DNA from: Rhabdochlamydiaceae bacterium
GTDB taxonomy: Bacteria > Chlamydiota > Chlamydiia > Chlamydiales > Rhabdochlamydiaceae
Direction: 5' to 3'
Length of the DNA stretch: 64,000 nt
Assembly (NCBI GenBank): GCA_035478995.1
Contig: DATIJE010000004.1
Span: 6,218-70,217 of the forward strand
A program made the translations under genes and the position numbers. Below the pieces are notes generated by a model. It made no database searches and was not told where the DNA came from. It saw only the letters and a list, made by a program, of their open reading frames with translations. Of the stretch, positions 18,290 through 26,838 are shown piece after piece (position 1 is the stretch's first letter; each line of letters opens with the position of its first letter).

Positions 18290-18796
18290 GCTAGGTACTG
18301 TACTTTTAAAGCCATCGATAAAACCACGTGCATATGCCTGTACATGAATTGTAAAATCTACAGGTATTTTTTGATTTATTGTTGTAGTGTCAATTGCAGT
18401 TCGAATCCCGATTCTCCTTTCATTCGATAATTGATTGTATTGTTCAACAATGTTCGATTTTTCAGATTCCCAAGCTAAAGTCGATAAGATGAGATCATCT
18501 AGATCGAATCTACTTTTTTTAAACCATTCTCTAAACGTCGCACCATTCAATTTTGGCTTGAACCCAAAAGTTCTTTGAATAAGATTGATCCAAAGCCGAT
18601 CATTATTTGCCAGCTTGTTGCATTCTTTATTGACCAAGCTTACCTTGAGTAAATCTAAGGCGCTGAGATAAGAAAAAAAACTTAAGACGATCTCCACAGG
18701 AAATTTACCCGAAAATGAAAAGTACGGCCCAGCTTCCGTTTGTCGCGCCACATGCCCTATTCTCCCCACCTCCATACCCATATCTAATCTCTTCAA
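18260..18796 (-). CDS. F-box domain protein (eukaryote-like)
   Basis: PVEIVLSFFSYLSALDLLKVSLVNKECNKLANNDRLWINL matches the F-box consensus LPxEILxxIFSYLxxxDLLxxxLVCKxWxxLxxDxxLW. Confidence 0.7.
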   Translation of the reverse strand: MKRLDMGMEVGRIGHVARQTEAGPYFSFSGKFPVEIVLSFFSYLSALDLLKVSLVNKECNKLANNDRLWINLIQRTFGFKPKLNGATFREWFKKSRFDLDDLILSTLAWESEKSNIVEQYNQLSNERRIGIRTAIDTTTINQKIPVDFTIHVQAYARGFIDGFKSTVPSLLQSGKIEL

Positions 18797-18866
18797 TTTA
18801 AGTTAAAACCGAGAGATACTATTGCATGAAAGGTTTTCCCACAAGTGAGTTCTCTTCAGAAAAATT

Positions 18867-19583
18867 TTAAAGATGAAAGCGATGATGGGATTTTTCTTTA
18901 CTTTGTCTGTTTGATGACTTAGAGGAGTTGTTTTTACGTCGGATTTCCAATAATTGGCTAAAGCTTTTTTGTAACTTGTTGCTGTATTTGATCATAAAAA
19001 ATAACAGTAAGATAAGAAAAACTAAAAACCCAATTTCGGTCCCGATTATGGAATAAAGAGAAGAATGCTGTATTAAAGGGAACACAGCAGCTGCCATTGT
19101 GATGACCAATAAAATATCAGCTATGAAATAAAAAGCTCCCCGAGTAAAGAATTTTTCTCGGCTTTTATCAATTAAAAGAGTGATTGTTTTGGATTGAAGA
19201 AGATGTGGATATTTTTCTTCCATAATTACTTCTTCAATAAATAAAGCAGACCAAAATCTATGATACACATTCATGTCTAAATGCCAAATTAAGCTTACTC
19301 CAACGAGCCCAATGAAGCAGATAATGGAAACGGCGCTAAGATGATCAATCAACCCTTTTGCTTCATTCGATAATAAAAAGCCAACCGCGGCATAAGTTGC
19401 TAGCAACCAAGTTAAAGCAATATTCTTATATTTTGTGGTGATTAGCTCAAAATGTCGTTCAAATTGATTTAATTTAAAGTAAATAGCTTGTATAAATGCC
19501 TTATGGCTTGAATGTTTGGTATCGCTATCTAAAATAAAGTTAAAATGCTCTTTTTCGTGATGATCTATTCTTTCCTTAAACAA
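18867..19583 (-). CDS. Four-TM membrane protein of unknown function, tandem paralog B
   Basis: It shares YK..A..WLLAT, LIWxLD and EEKYP blocks with the adjacent ORF. Basic C-terminal tail. Confidence 0.5.
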   Translation of the reverse strand: MFKERIDHHEKEHFNFILDSDTKHSSHKAFIQAIYFKLNQFERHFELITTKYKNIALTWLLATYAAVGFLLSNEAKGLIDHLSAVSIICFIGLVGVSLIWHLDMNVYHRFWSALFIEEVIMEEKYPHLLQSKTITLLIDKSREKFFTRGAFYFIADILLVITMAAAVFPLIQHSSLYSIIGTEIGFLVFLILLLFFMIKYSNKLQKSFSQLLEIRRKNNSSKSSNRQSKEKSHHRFHL

Positions 19584-20184
19584 GATGTTTCCTTTTTAAT
19601 TTTTCTAAACGTTCGTATGGATCTGCCTTTTTTGATGAAGAAATAAGGATAAAACCCGCTAAGGCGATTAAGAGAATTGTAAAAACAGGAATAAGCATAA
19701 ATAAATTAGATTTGTTTTCAGAAACGACATAGTAGGCCAAAGAAGCACCCATCGTGATAAATAAAATACCTATGCATCCAATATAAAAAAAAGATTTCAA
19801 ATTTATATAACTCAATAACTTACAATTATCATTAACATTGTTATAATAACGGGGCAGCCAGGGATATTTCTTTTCCATTTCAATTCCCTCATAAAGAACT
19901 GCTGCAATCGATTGTTCGCAAATAATGAGGTCTAAATACCAAATCAAAAAAATGCCTGTTGAACTAGCTAGAGCAACAAAAGCTATGATAATTAAAGGAT
20001 GAAAAGGAAGATTGACTTCATTCACTGACAGAGCATACCCTATGCCGATGAAAGTAGCTAAAAGCCAAGAGGAAGCAAAAGTCTTATAGGTTACTTGGAT
20101 GCCATTATAATGCTGAAGAAATGTTGCGATCTGGCTATAAGCTCCAAATGTCAATAATTGATCTTCGGAAACTTTTTTTTCCAT
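19576..20184 (-). CDS. Four-TM membrane protein of unknown function, tandem paralog A
   Basis: YKTFASSWLLATFIGIGYALS ... IFLIWYLDL ... EMEKKYPWL is collinear with 18867..19583. The two ORFs overlap by 8 nt. Confidence 0.5.
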   Translation of the reverse strand: MEKKVSEDQLLTFGAYSQIATFLQHYNGIQVTYKTFASSWLLATFIGIGYALSVNEVNLPFHPLIIIAFVALASSTGIFLIWYLDLIICEQSIAAVLYEGIEMEKKYPWLPRYYNNVNDNCKLLSYINLKSFFYIGCIGILFITMGASLAYYVVSENKSNLFMLIPVFTILLIALAGFILISSSKKADPYERLEKLKRKHLV

Positions 20185-20267
20185 ACAACAACTAAGTCCG
20201 CACTAGAGTCCATTCTTAGTTGTTATATAAATCTCGCAATGATTTAAATCAAACCATCTGAGAAAAA

Positions 20268-21221
20268 TTAGTTATTTTCGTTTATATTTAACTTTTTGGT
20301 CAAATGATAAACTAAAAAAGGCGGATGTCTTTCATATTCTTCACCTAATTTTGGATGAATATCCAATGCATTAATCATGTCTCTTTCCTCAGAAGAACGT
20401 AAAGTTCTTTGTGAAATTTCAACGATTTTAAGATTTCCTTTTTCAAATGCTTTAATATATTCATCTTGAGAATGATAATGATTAGGTATGGTCACTTTTG
20501 TCAATTTTCTCCAAATTTTTTGACCACTTTCTAGTCTATTTATGTCATCGACAAGAACAAGCCTATTGCCAATAACTGCAAATGTTGCGCTAACAATCTC
20601 CTCTAATTCTCCGAGTTTATTTTGAATCTCCTGATCTTTGGGATTGCTTGGAAGCCCGCTAAGCACTTTAGTAATACGCGCTTGAACTTCATTGGCTTCT
20701 TTTGAACCATCGGTAAAGACTACATCAAGAGAATATGGCAATGCAATAGTAGCTGTACCATCTTTTTTTAATACACGACCTATTTCTTCGAAATGCTTAC
20801 TAAAAATTGAAGTAGGGAGGTTGCATCCAACATTAATGCTGATTGCATGGTCGAACATTTTATCCTCAAAACTCAAATCAGTAGCATCGCCTACCTCAGA
20901 AACAATTCTCCCTGAAAGTGGTCCTGCTTGCTCTATTGCTTCTTTCGCATTTTTGATCATGCCAGGCTGTAAATCAATCGCATTGACGATTGCACCTTTT
21001 TTTGCGGCATAAATGGACCAGGGAGCTGCCCCGCACCCAGCATCGAGCAATTTTTTGCCTTCTTGCTGATTTAATTGGTCTAAATCATTTGCCACAAATA
21101 CATTGAGGAATAATCCCAAATCAGAACCATGAGCGAATTTGGCATAAGCATCCACGCCATTGTCACCGTAATTTGTTCCTCGTAATAGTTGATTTTGTGA
21201 AGAACTGTTTATAATAGTCAT
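20268..21221 (-). CDS. Class I SAM-dependent methyltransferase
   Basis: It has the LLDAGCGAAPWSIYAAKKGAIVNAIDLQPGMI motif I/II arrangement. Confidence 0.7.
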   Translation of the reverse strand: MTIINSSSQNQLLRGTNYGDNGVDAYAKFAHGSDLGLFLNVFVANDLDQLNQQEGKKLLDAGCGAAPWSIYAAKKGAIVNAIDLQPGMIKNAKEAIEQAGPLSGRIVSEVGDATDLSFEDKMFDHAISINVGCNLPTSIFSKHFEEIGRVLKKDGTATIALPYSLDVVFTDGSKEANEVQARITKVLSGLPSNPKDQEIQNKLGELEEIVSATFAVIGNRLVLVDDINRLESGQKIWRKLTKVTIPNHYHSQDEYIKAFEKGNLKIVEISQRTLRSSEERDMINALDIHPKLGEEYERHPPFLVYHLTKKLNINENN

Positions 21222-21553
21222 ATTATTTTTACCTTTTTATTAAATTAAAAAAATTAATACCAATAATGCCACATACACGATAGGTATAATTATAATTAGT
21301 GATTTTTTCATTTTTTTCATAAATTTTAAATTGTTTGTTTGAACGAGGTAAATTATATATTAATTAAATATTTAATTTGAATTAAATTCTTATTAATAAT
21401 GAAATATTATTATCCATCTTAATACAACTCACTTATATTTAATCTTTTGAATTAGATTAAATTTAATTATCGCTGTATTAAATAAATAATTAACCTATTA
21501 TAAAAGAGAAAGATCAAATTGGAGTTTAAGTATCAGGAATTGAACGAGATAAG

Positions 21554-21580
21554 AAAAAAGGCATGCTTTAGTAGCATGCC
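21554..21580 (-). terminator. Rho-independent terminator of the stress-protein cluster
   Basis: On the minus strand: stem GGCATGCT, loop actaa, stem AGCATGCC, followed by TTTTTT. It lies about 30 nt after the 21613 stop. Confidence 0.65.
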
Positions 21581-21612
21581 CCTAGAAATTTATGATAAAC
21601 TACGTAAGTCTA

Positions 21613-22122
21613 TTAAGCGCAGCGCTTACAAGCTTCGGTGTTGATGCCTGATTTGAAGAACTGCCCTTCAGCGATTTTTGAGAGAGTTTTATCGGCGTGG
21701 CTCTCTTCTTTGGCAGAGTGGTCGAGTAATTTTTCCACTTCTTTAAGTTTAAACTGTTTAGCGAAGGCTTTTAAGGTGCCATAGGCTGCAATCTCATAAT
21801 GCTCAATTCTTTGCACTGCATGGATCAGCGCTGCATCTTTAGCCATGCGGTCATAGTGGAATTTACCCACATCGGCTGCTTCTTTTAGAAGATTTTTCAT
21901 AATTTGGCATTCTAGCCCCGATAGCTTCTCGTCGATTTCGGAGGCGATTGCTTCTAATCGTTTGATTTGGACTTTGGTTTCTTCTAAGTGATGATTAATA
22001 GCTTTCTTCAGTTTAGGAGAGGATGCAGCATTGGCAAGTTTTGGAAGAGCTGCGGCAATTTGTTTTTCCGCGCTGTAGATCCGTTTGAGCTCGTTGACGA
22101 ACAAATTATAAAAGTCCTTCAT
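21613..22122 (-). CDS. Ferritin-like DUF892 (YciE/YciF family) stress protein
   Basis: LFVNELKRIYSAEKQIAAALPKLANAASSPKLKKAINHHLEETKVQIKRLEAI matches the YciE/YciF helix pattern. Confidence 0.75.
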   Translation of the reverse strand: MKDFYNLFVNELKRIYSAEKQIAAALPKLANAASSPKLKKAINHHLEETKVQIKRLEAIASEIDEKLSGLECQIMKNLLKEAADVGKFHYDRMAKDAALIHAVQRIEHYEIAAYGTLKAFAKQFKLKEVEKLLDHSAKEESHADKTLSKIAEGQFFKSGINTEACKRCA

Positions 22123-22135
22123 GGAAAGCTCCTTT

Positions 22136-22399
22136 TTATCTTCTTCTCTTTTTAATTCTATGTTTCACTTCACGTTTGATTTGCTTCCTAATCTTATTTC
22201 TTGCTTTTAGTATTTTTTTCCCTTTTGCCATCACTTCATCTTTGGTGTCTTTCATATCATGCATTTTGTGCATGAAGACTTTCTGCAGTCTCTTTCCCTC
22301 GTCTGTGGTAAATAACAATGTGGCAAGGATGATTCCCAAAGTTCCTCCGACAAAAGCCCCCAAGAATAAATTCTTACACTGATGTTCAGAATGGAACAT
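22136..22399 (-). CDS. YtxH-like small membrane stress protein
   Basis: LGAFVGGTLGIILATLLFTTDEGKRL (Gly-zipper TM followed by a G-K-x-x-R type segment). Basic tail. Confidence 0.5.
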   Translation of the reverse strand: MFHSEHQCKNLFLGAFVGGTLGIILATLLFTTDEGKRLQKVFMHKMHDMKDTKDEVMAKGKKILKARNKIRKQIKREVKHRIKKRRR

Positions 22400-22410
22400 A
22401 TAGCCTCCCC

Positions 22411-22713
22411 TTAACGTTTCTTCAATTTATTCCACAATTGAATGCCCATAGCTGTCCAATCTAAAATATCGACGATCGTGTCTTCATTTTTTTCAATTTT
22501 TCGATCGAATTCCCGAAGGGTACCTTCAGGATCTTCTAAATGGTGTTTCACCGATTCTCCTACATGGGCGAGCGTTTCCCCAACTGCATGAAGCGAACCA
22601 CCCTTTTTATGGCATCGGACTGCATGTAGAATGGCTATGGTGCCTATTCCTACTGCGGCGCCGATCACGGCTCCCAATACGAAATTTTTTGTATCTTTGT
22701 CGTTATTGGACAT
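22411..22713 (-). CDS. YtxH-like small membrane protein
   Basis: It has an N-terminal Gly-zipper TM, LGAVIGAAVGIGTIAIL. Confidence 0.4.
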   Translation of the reverse strand: MSNNDKDTKNFVLGAVIGAAVGIGTIAILHAVRCHKKGGSLHAVGETLAHVGESVKHHLEDPEGTLREFDRKIEKNEDTIVDILDWTAMGIQLWNKLKKR

Positions 22714-22719
22714 ACTCTC

Positions 22720-23112
22720 TTAGTCCCCCTTAAGTTTTTTAAATAGAAGAATCCCTTGGGAAATATAATTCATGATATTCGATACTTTTGCGTAATTATC
22801 ATGTTCATCTTCTTCTGACTTTTCTTTGTTGATCTTAAAAAGAGGTCGAAATAAAAAATTTAAAGATTCTGTTTTCTTTTTAATGTCTGTTGTTAATTCG
22901 TTTGCCACTTTAATTAATTTCACACTCTCTCCTGATATATCAACTAATTCGTGCTCTAATTTATTTAAAATATGTTTAGTTTGCTTTAAACTAGCAGCAG
23001 CATTTTTCAAAGTTATAATTAAGAATACAACTAATATTACAAATGCAAATGAAATGACTGCAACGCAGATTTCAAAGATCATGTTAGCACCTATAAATTT
23101 AGATTGAATCAA
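22720..23112 (-). CDS. DUF948-like membrane-anchored coiled-coil stress protein
   Basis: It has one N-terminal TM (ICVAVISFAFVILVVFLIITL) followed by a coiled-coil segment. DUF948 and YtxH genes are commonly neighbours. Confidence 0.5.
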   Translation of the reverse strand: MIQSKFIGANMIFEICVAVISFAFVILVVFLIITLKNAAASLKQTKHILNKLEHELVDISGESVKLIKVANELTTDIKKKTESLNFLFRPLFKINKEKSEEDEHDNYAKVSNIMNYISQGILLFKKLKGD

Positions 23113-23293
23113 TTCTTAATTATCTTCATCTATAGTTTCATTTTGCTACTATTATAATAATATGTAAATAATTATTTAAATAAAGTGATGTAAGTTATTA
23201 ACTATTAATTATAAAAATTATTTTTTTACTAAATAATATAATACTGATTGAATTATTTAAAATTTTGTTTTTAAATATAGAATAGATTAGTAA

Positions 23294-24058
23294 ATGAGGG
23301 CTCCCATGAAAAGCTCCGAAAGAGAAATGTTCTTTTTCATTGCCGATATCAGCGGCTATACGAATTACATGATACAGAACCAGATGGACTATACTCATGG
23401 AACTCTCATCGTCATGCAGCTCCTGGAAGCTCTAATCAAGGAAGTCAAAATCCCCTTGGAGATCGCAAAGCTCGAAGGAGACGCCATTTTCATGTATTTG
23501 CTCAAAGAGAATATGCCCAAGGAATATAGGGACAATCCACTCCAACTGGGGAAAAAGTTAATCCAACTGTTCAATGTCTTTTATACAAAGCTCGGTGAAT
23601 TGGAAAACTCTACCGACTGTAAATGCGGGGGTTGCAGCAATATCCACCAGTTGAAATTAAAGATCGTCGCGCATTTCGGAAAAGCTACGATCGATAAGAT
23701 CGGGACATTTCAAGAGTTGTCCGGTGTAGATGTCATTATCGCTCATAGACTTTTGAAAAATAGCATAAAGGAAAAATGCTATTTACTCATGACGGACCCG
23801 CTTTTCAAACAACTCTCTCTACCACCTGAGGGAAGATTGATCGAATCGACAGAAGAAGACAAAGACTTAGGGAAGATCCAGGTTCATGTCTACTTCCCAA
23901 TTCTCGAGAAAATTGTGCCTCAAGAGGTGAAGCCTTCTTTTTTTAACAAGCTAAAGCTGACCATGTTGCTGCATTTTGGAAATCTTTTATTCAAGCTTCA
24001 TGTAATCAAAGAACCCCATTTTCACAATTTCCCGACAACAAAGGATAAGATACCTTAG
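23294..24058 (+). CDS. DUF2652-like (nucleotidyl-cyclase-fold) protein
   Basis: FFFIADISGYTNYM ... LEIAKLEGDAIFMY resembles the two metal-Asp strands of class III cyclase-like DUF2652 proteins. Confidence 0.5.
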   Translation: MRAPMKSSEREMFFFIADISGYTNYMIQNQMDYTHGTLIVMQLLEALIKEVKIPLEIAKLEGDAIFMYLLKENMPKEYRDNPLQLGKKLIQLFNVFYTKLGELENSTDCKCGGCSNIHQLKLKIVAHFGKATIDKIGTFQELSGVDVIIAHRLLKNSIKEKCYLLMTDPLFKQLSLPPEGRLIESTEEDKDLGKIQVHVYFPILEKIVPQEVKPSFFNKLKLTMLLHFGNLLFKLHVIKEPHFHNFPTTKDKIP

Positions 24059-24571
24059 TTATTTTCCTGTCTCGCCGGACTTGCCTTTTTTGCCAAAAAA
24101 CCTCCCAAGAAAGAAATCAATCGAAAAAGGCCCTGGACCGAAGACAAAGATGAGGATGGATGCAAACAGAAAAGTAAATGGCGTTCTGGTAACGAAATTT
24201 TGCATATCGCTAAAAAACATAGCAAAGGCCCTCGCCTCGGCTGTGAGGTAGGCCACGATCATATTAATGATCAGCGGGATCGCAACTAGCCTTGAAGCAA
24301 ATCCGAAGAAAAGGCATATGCCGCATAGAAACTCGATGAGCGAGGCTACATACGCGCTGAAAGCCGGATGCCCGATTCCAAGAGATTCGAAATACGAGAT
24401 GACTTGATCCATATTTGTCAGCTTTCCCAGTCCGGTCCGGATGAACATCCAACCCCAGAAAAGACGGATGAACAATAGGAGGAATGGCTGCAAAAAATTA
24501 CCGACCATCACCAATACAGAATAGGCGCTTCTTAGAAAGTTGAACATATACGGCCTCTCTATGTAACTCAA
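24059..24571 (-). CDS. DoxX family membrane protein
   Basis: LLLFIRLFWGWMFIRTGLGKL plus four TM segments. Confidence 0.7.
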   Translation of the reverse strand: MSYIERPYMFNFLRSAYSVLVMVGNFLQPFLLLFIRLFWGWMFIRTGLGKLTNMDQVISYFESLGIGHPAFSAYVASLIEFLCGICLFFGFASRLVAIPLIINMIVAYLTAEARAFAMFFSDMQNFVTRTPFTFLFASILIFVFGPGPFSIDFFLGRFFGKKGKSGETGK

Positions 24572-24618
24572 TTTAAGGCCACGTTAATCAATCAACTCAA
24601 TTTTTAAAAAGGGATTTA

Positions 24619-25455
24619 TTAATTGAGGTCTATGATCAACTCTCTCGTGCGTACTGTATCGCTCCATTCCATTTTGAGATTATCCAAAATTTCTATGGTC
24701 TTCAGAAGACTTGTCTTTGTAAAATCAATTTGGCTCATTGCTTTATACAAACTGGGATAGCCAAGAATGTTTGGAAACAGTTTGGTCGCAATCAACCCTG
24801 TATTGAAGACAATAATTGGCTCTTGCTCCCAGACAGATCCTTTTTCTTTATTTAATATCTGTTTAAATCTAGGTGAACCATATTCAGCGGGAAGAACCAC
24901 AATCTCCCAAATATTTTTCACTGTCCATTTATCATCCTCCATTATTACTTTTAAATTTTCCGGGATATATTTCCCGATGTCTATATCGTCTATCCATTCA
25001 GGTCCTTTTTCCAATAAATTCGAGTACATTCTGGAATGCATTTTTTTTGTAAAAAAAAGGACTATTTCCAATCTTTCGATAGGCGTGATTACATTTTTTT
25101 CCAATAAGTTCAACAAGTGCTGTTCTTCCACTGGAATAACCGGTTCTGTTGCAACCGTACTATCCAGAGAAGGCGCAGGTTCCTCAGGAAGTGAAAGCAC
25201 CTGTTGAAGAAATGCTTCAGCATCTATGTTTTCTGGTTCTTGAATCACAATCTCGTTCGTTTGACATCCAGTTAAATGATCTTGATATGCATCCCGTTCA
25301 TCGGTGACTTCTTCGGAATCACCAAGGATGATATCCAATTCATCGCCATAAACTCCTGTCCATCTTTTTTCTTTCTGAATTGGTTCACTATAATTTTCGA
25401 ATCCTTTCGAAAAACTATAATGGGAATGAAACTGAATAGACATAGTATTATTCAT
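24619..25455 (-). CDS. Hypothetical protein
   Basis: 278-aa ORF with an acidic central region. No signal peptide and no recognised family. Confidence 0.4.
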   Translation of the reverse strand: MNNTMSIQFHSHYSFSKGFENYSEPIQKEKRWTGVYGDELDIILGDSEEVTDERDAYQDHLTGCQTNEIVIQEPENIDAEAFLQQVLSLPEEPAPSLDSTVATEPVIPVEEQHLLNLLEKNVITPIERLEIVLFFTKKMHSRMYSNLLEKGPEWIDDIDIGKYIPENLKVIMEDDKWTVKNIWEIVVLPAEYGSPRFKQILNKEKGSVWEQEPIIVFNTGLIATKLFPNILGYPSLYKAMSQIDFTKTSLLKTIEILDNLKMEWSDTVRTRELIIDLN

Positions 25456-25601
25456 AACTTATTAATTAAATCTTAAACCTATCTTAACATATGCAATATT
25501 TCAACTTATTTTTTAGAGATAAAGTAAAAAAAAATTTTAAAAAAATGAAGACTCTGAAATAATGAGAATATAGTTCCCCTAATTCAACAAGGAGATCTCC
25601 C

Positions 25602-26024
25602 ATGAAAAATAAGTATATTAAATTGAGCTCTTTAGCAGCTCTAAGCTTAGTTACAGGAGCAATGTCCCAAGGATGCGCGAAATGTACCGAGCCTTCTTCG
25701 GAGCAGGCTCAACAGATGATGTCTCAACTCGATCGATCTCATCAAAAGATGTACAATTCAATGGACTGCGAAGGCAAGAACATGGCGATGAGAATGGTCA
25801 ACCAATCATGCGCCGGGCAAAATTCTTGCGCGGGGGAAAATTCTTGTGCTGGAGCTAACAATAGCTGTGCTGGAATGGGTTCATGCAAAGGAACCAGCAA
25901 AGGACCATTCACAGACAAGAACAAAGCTGTTGAAATGGCATACAATAAAATGAAGATGAAAAGATCGGGATCAATGGGCAATCAGCAAAATAACAAGAGC
26001 AACAACGCCAAAAGTGGTTATTAA
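25602..26024 (+). CDS. Secreted Cys-rich RiPP precursor candidate (bufferin-like)
   Basis: AAGGAG lies 8 nt upstream of the ATG and there is an N-terminal signal sequence. The core is QSCAGQNSCAGENSCAGANNSCAGMGSCKGTSKG, with five SC(A/K)G repeats. It sits immediately upstream of, and overlaps, the DUF692 gene. Confidence 0.6.
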   Translation: MKNKYIKLSSLAALSLVTGAMSQGCAKCTEPSSEQAQQMMSQLDRSHQKMYNSMDCEGKNMAMRMVNQSCAGQNSCAGENSCAGANNSCAGMGSCKGTSKGPFTDKNKAVEMAYNKMKMKRSGSMGNQQNNKSNNAKSGY

Positions 26025-26838
26025 TTTAGGCATAGGGATCGGGCTTCGACCGGAACATTATGAAGAAATCTTCCAAAAGATGCCCGACATCGACTGGTTT
26101 GAAATCATCAGTGAAAACTACATGGTCGATGCAGGTAAACCCCTAGAAAATTTGGAAAAGATCCTCGAGAGATACCCCGTCGTACAACACGGGGTATCAC
26201 TTGCTATCGGCAGTCCTGATCCTCTTGATTTTAATTATCTTAAAAAACTAAAAGCCCTCGCAAGAAAGACAAAAACCCCCTGGATCTCCGACCATCTTTG
26301 TTGGGGACATCTGGAAGGCGCCCATTTTCACGATCTTCTACCCCTTCCATATACCAAAGAGGTCATCGACTACGTTGTTGAAAGAGCGAAAATCGTCCAA
26401 GATTATTTAGAAATCCCTTTCGCTTTGGAAAATCTCTCATCCTATGTCTCTTTTCAGCAAGATTGTATGACCGAGTGGGAGTTCTATAGCGCGGTGGTGG
26501 AAAAGGCCAATATTTACATGATGCTCGATGTCAATAATATATACGTTTCGAGCAGAAACCACGGCTTTAAACCCAAGGACTATTATGAGAATATCCCCCT
26601 TGAAAGAGTGATCCAGATCCATTTGGCGGGGCATTCCGACTATGGAGACTATGTACTGGACACCCACGACAACCATGTGTGCGATGAAGTGTGGGGTATT
26701 TACAAAGAAGTCTACAACAAGACAAAAGGGGTATCTACTCTTCTGGAGTGGGATGACAACTTTCTATCTTTTGAAGATACCTGGAAAGAAGCCCTGAGAG
26801 CAAAACAATTTCAAGAGAATCATGCAATCCGAACCTAA
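26014..26838 (+). CDS. DUF692 / MNIO (multinuclear non-heme iron oxidative enzyme, MbnB/BufB-like)
   Basis: GIGLRPEHY, DWFEIISENYM, VVQHGVSL, WISDHLCW, LLPLPYT, ALENLSSY, MLDVNNIYVS, IHLAGH, LDTHDNHV and LLEWDDN cover all the conserved UPF0276 blocks. The GTG start overlaps the precursor stop by 11 nt. Confidence 0.85.
   Translation: MVINLGIGIGLRPEHYEEIFQKMPDIDWFEIISENYMVDAGKPLENLEKILERYPVVQHGVSLAIGSPDPLDFNYLKKLKALARKTKTPWISDHLCWGHLEGAHFHDLLPLPYTKEVIDYVVERAKIVQDYLEIPFALENLSSYVSFQQDCMTEWEFYSAVVEKANIYMMLDVNNIYVSSRNHGFKPKDYYENIPLERVIQIHLAGHSDYGDYVLDTHDNHVCDEVWGIYKEVYNKTKGVSTLLEWDDNFLSFEDTWKEALRAKQFQENHAIRT

Noticed and set aside
21222-21612. AT-rich 390-bp spacer considered as a replication origin, a prophage attachment site or an ncRNA gene
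   Set aside because: There is only one DnaA-box-like 9-mer (TTATCCATC), no ordered repeats, no flanking integrase and no conserved stem-loop architecture. It is more simply a promoter/terminator spacer.
24059-24571. DoxX gene as the fourth gene (BufD-like) of the MNIO operon
   Set aside because: It is on the opposite strand, is separated from the operon by an unrelated 278-aa ORF, and is convergent with the DUF2652 gene. A link is possible but cannot be supported from sequence alone.
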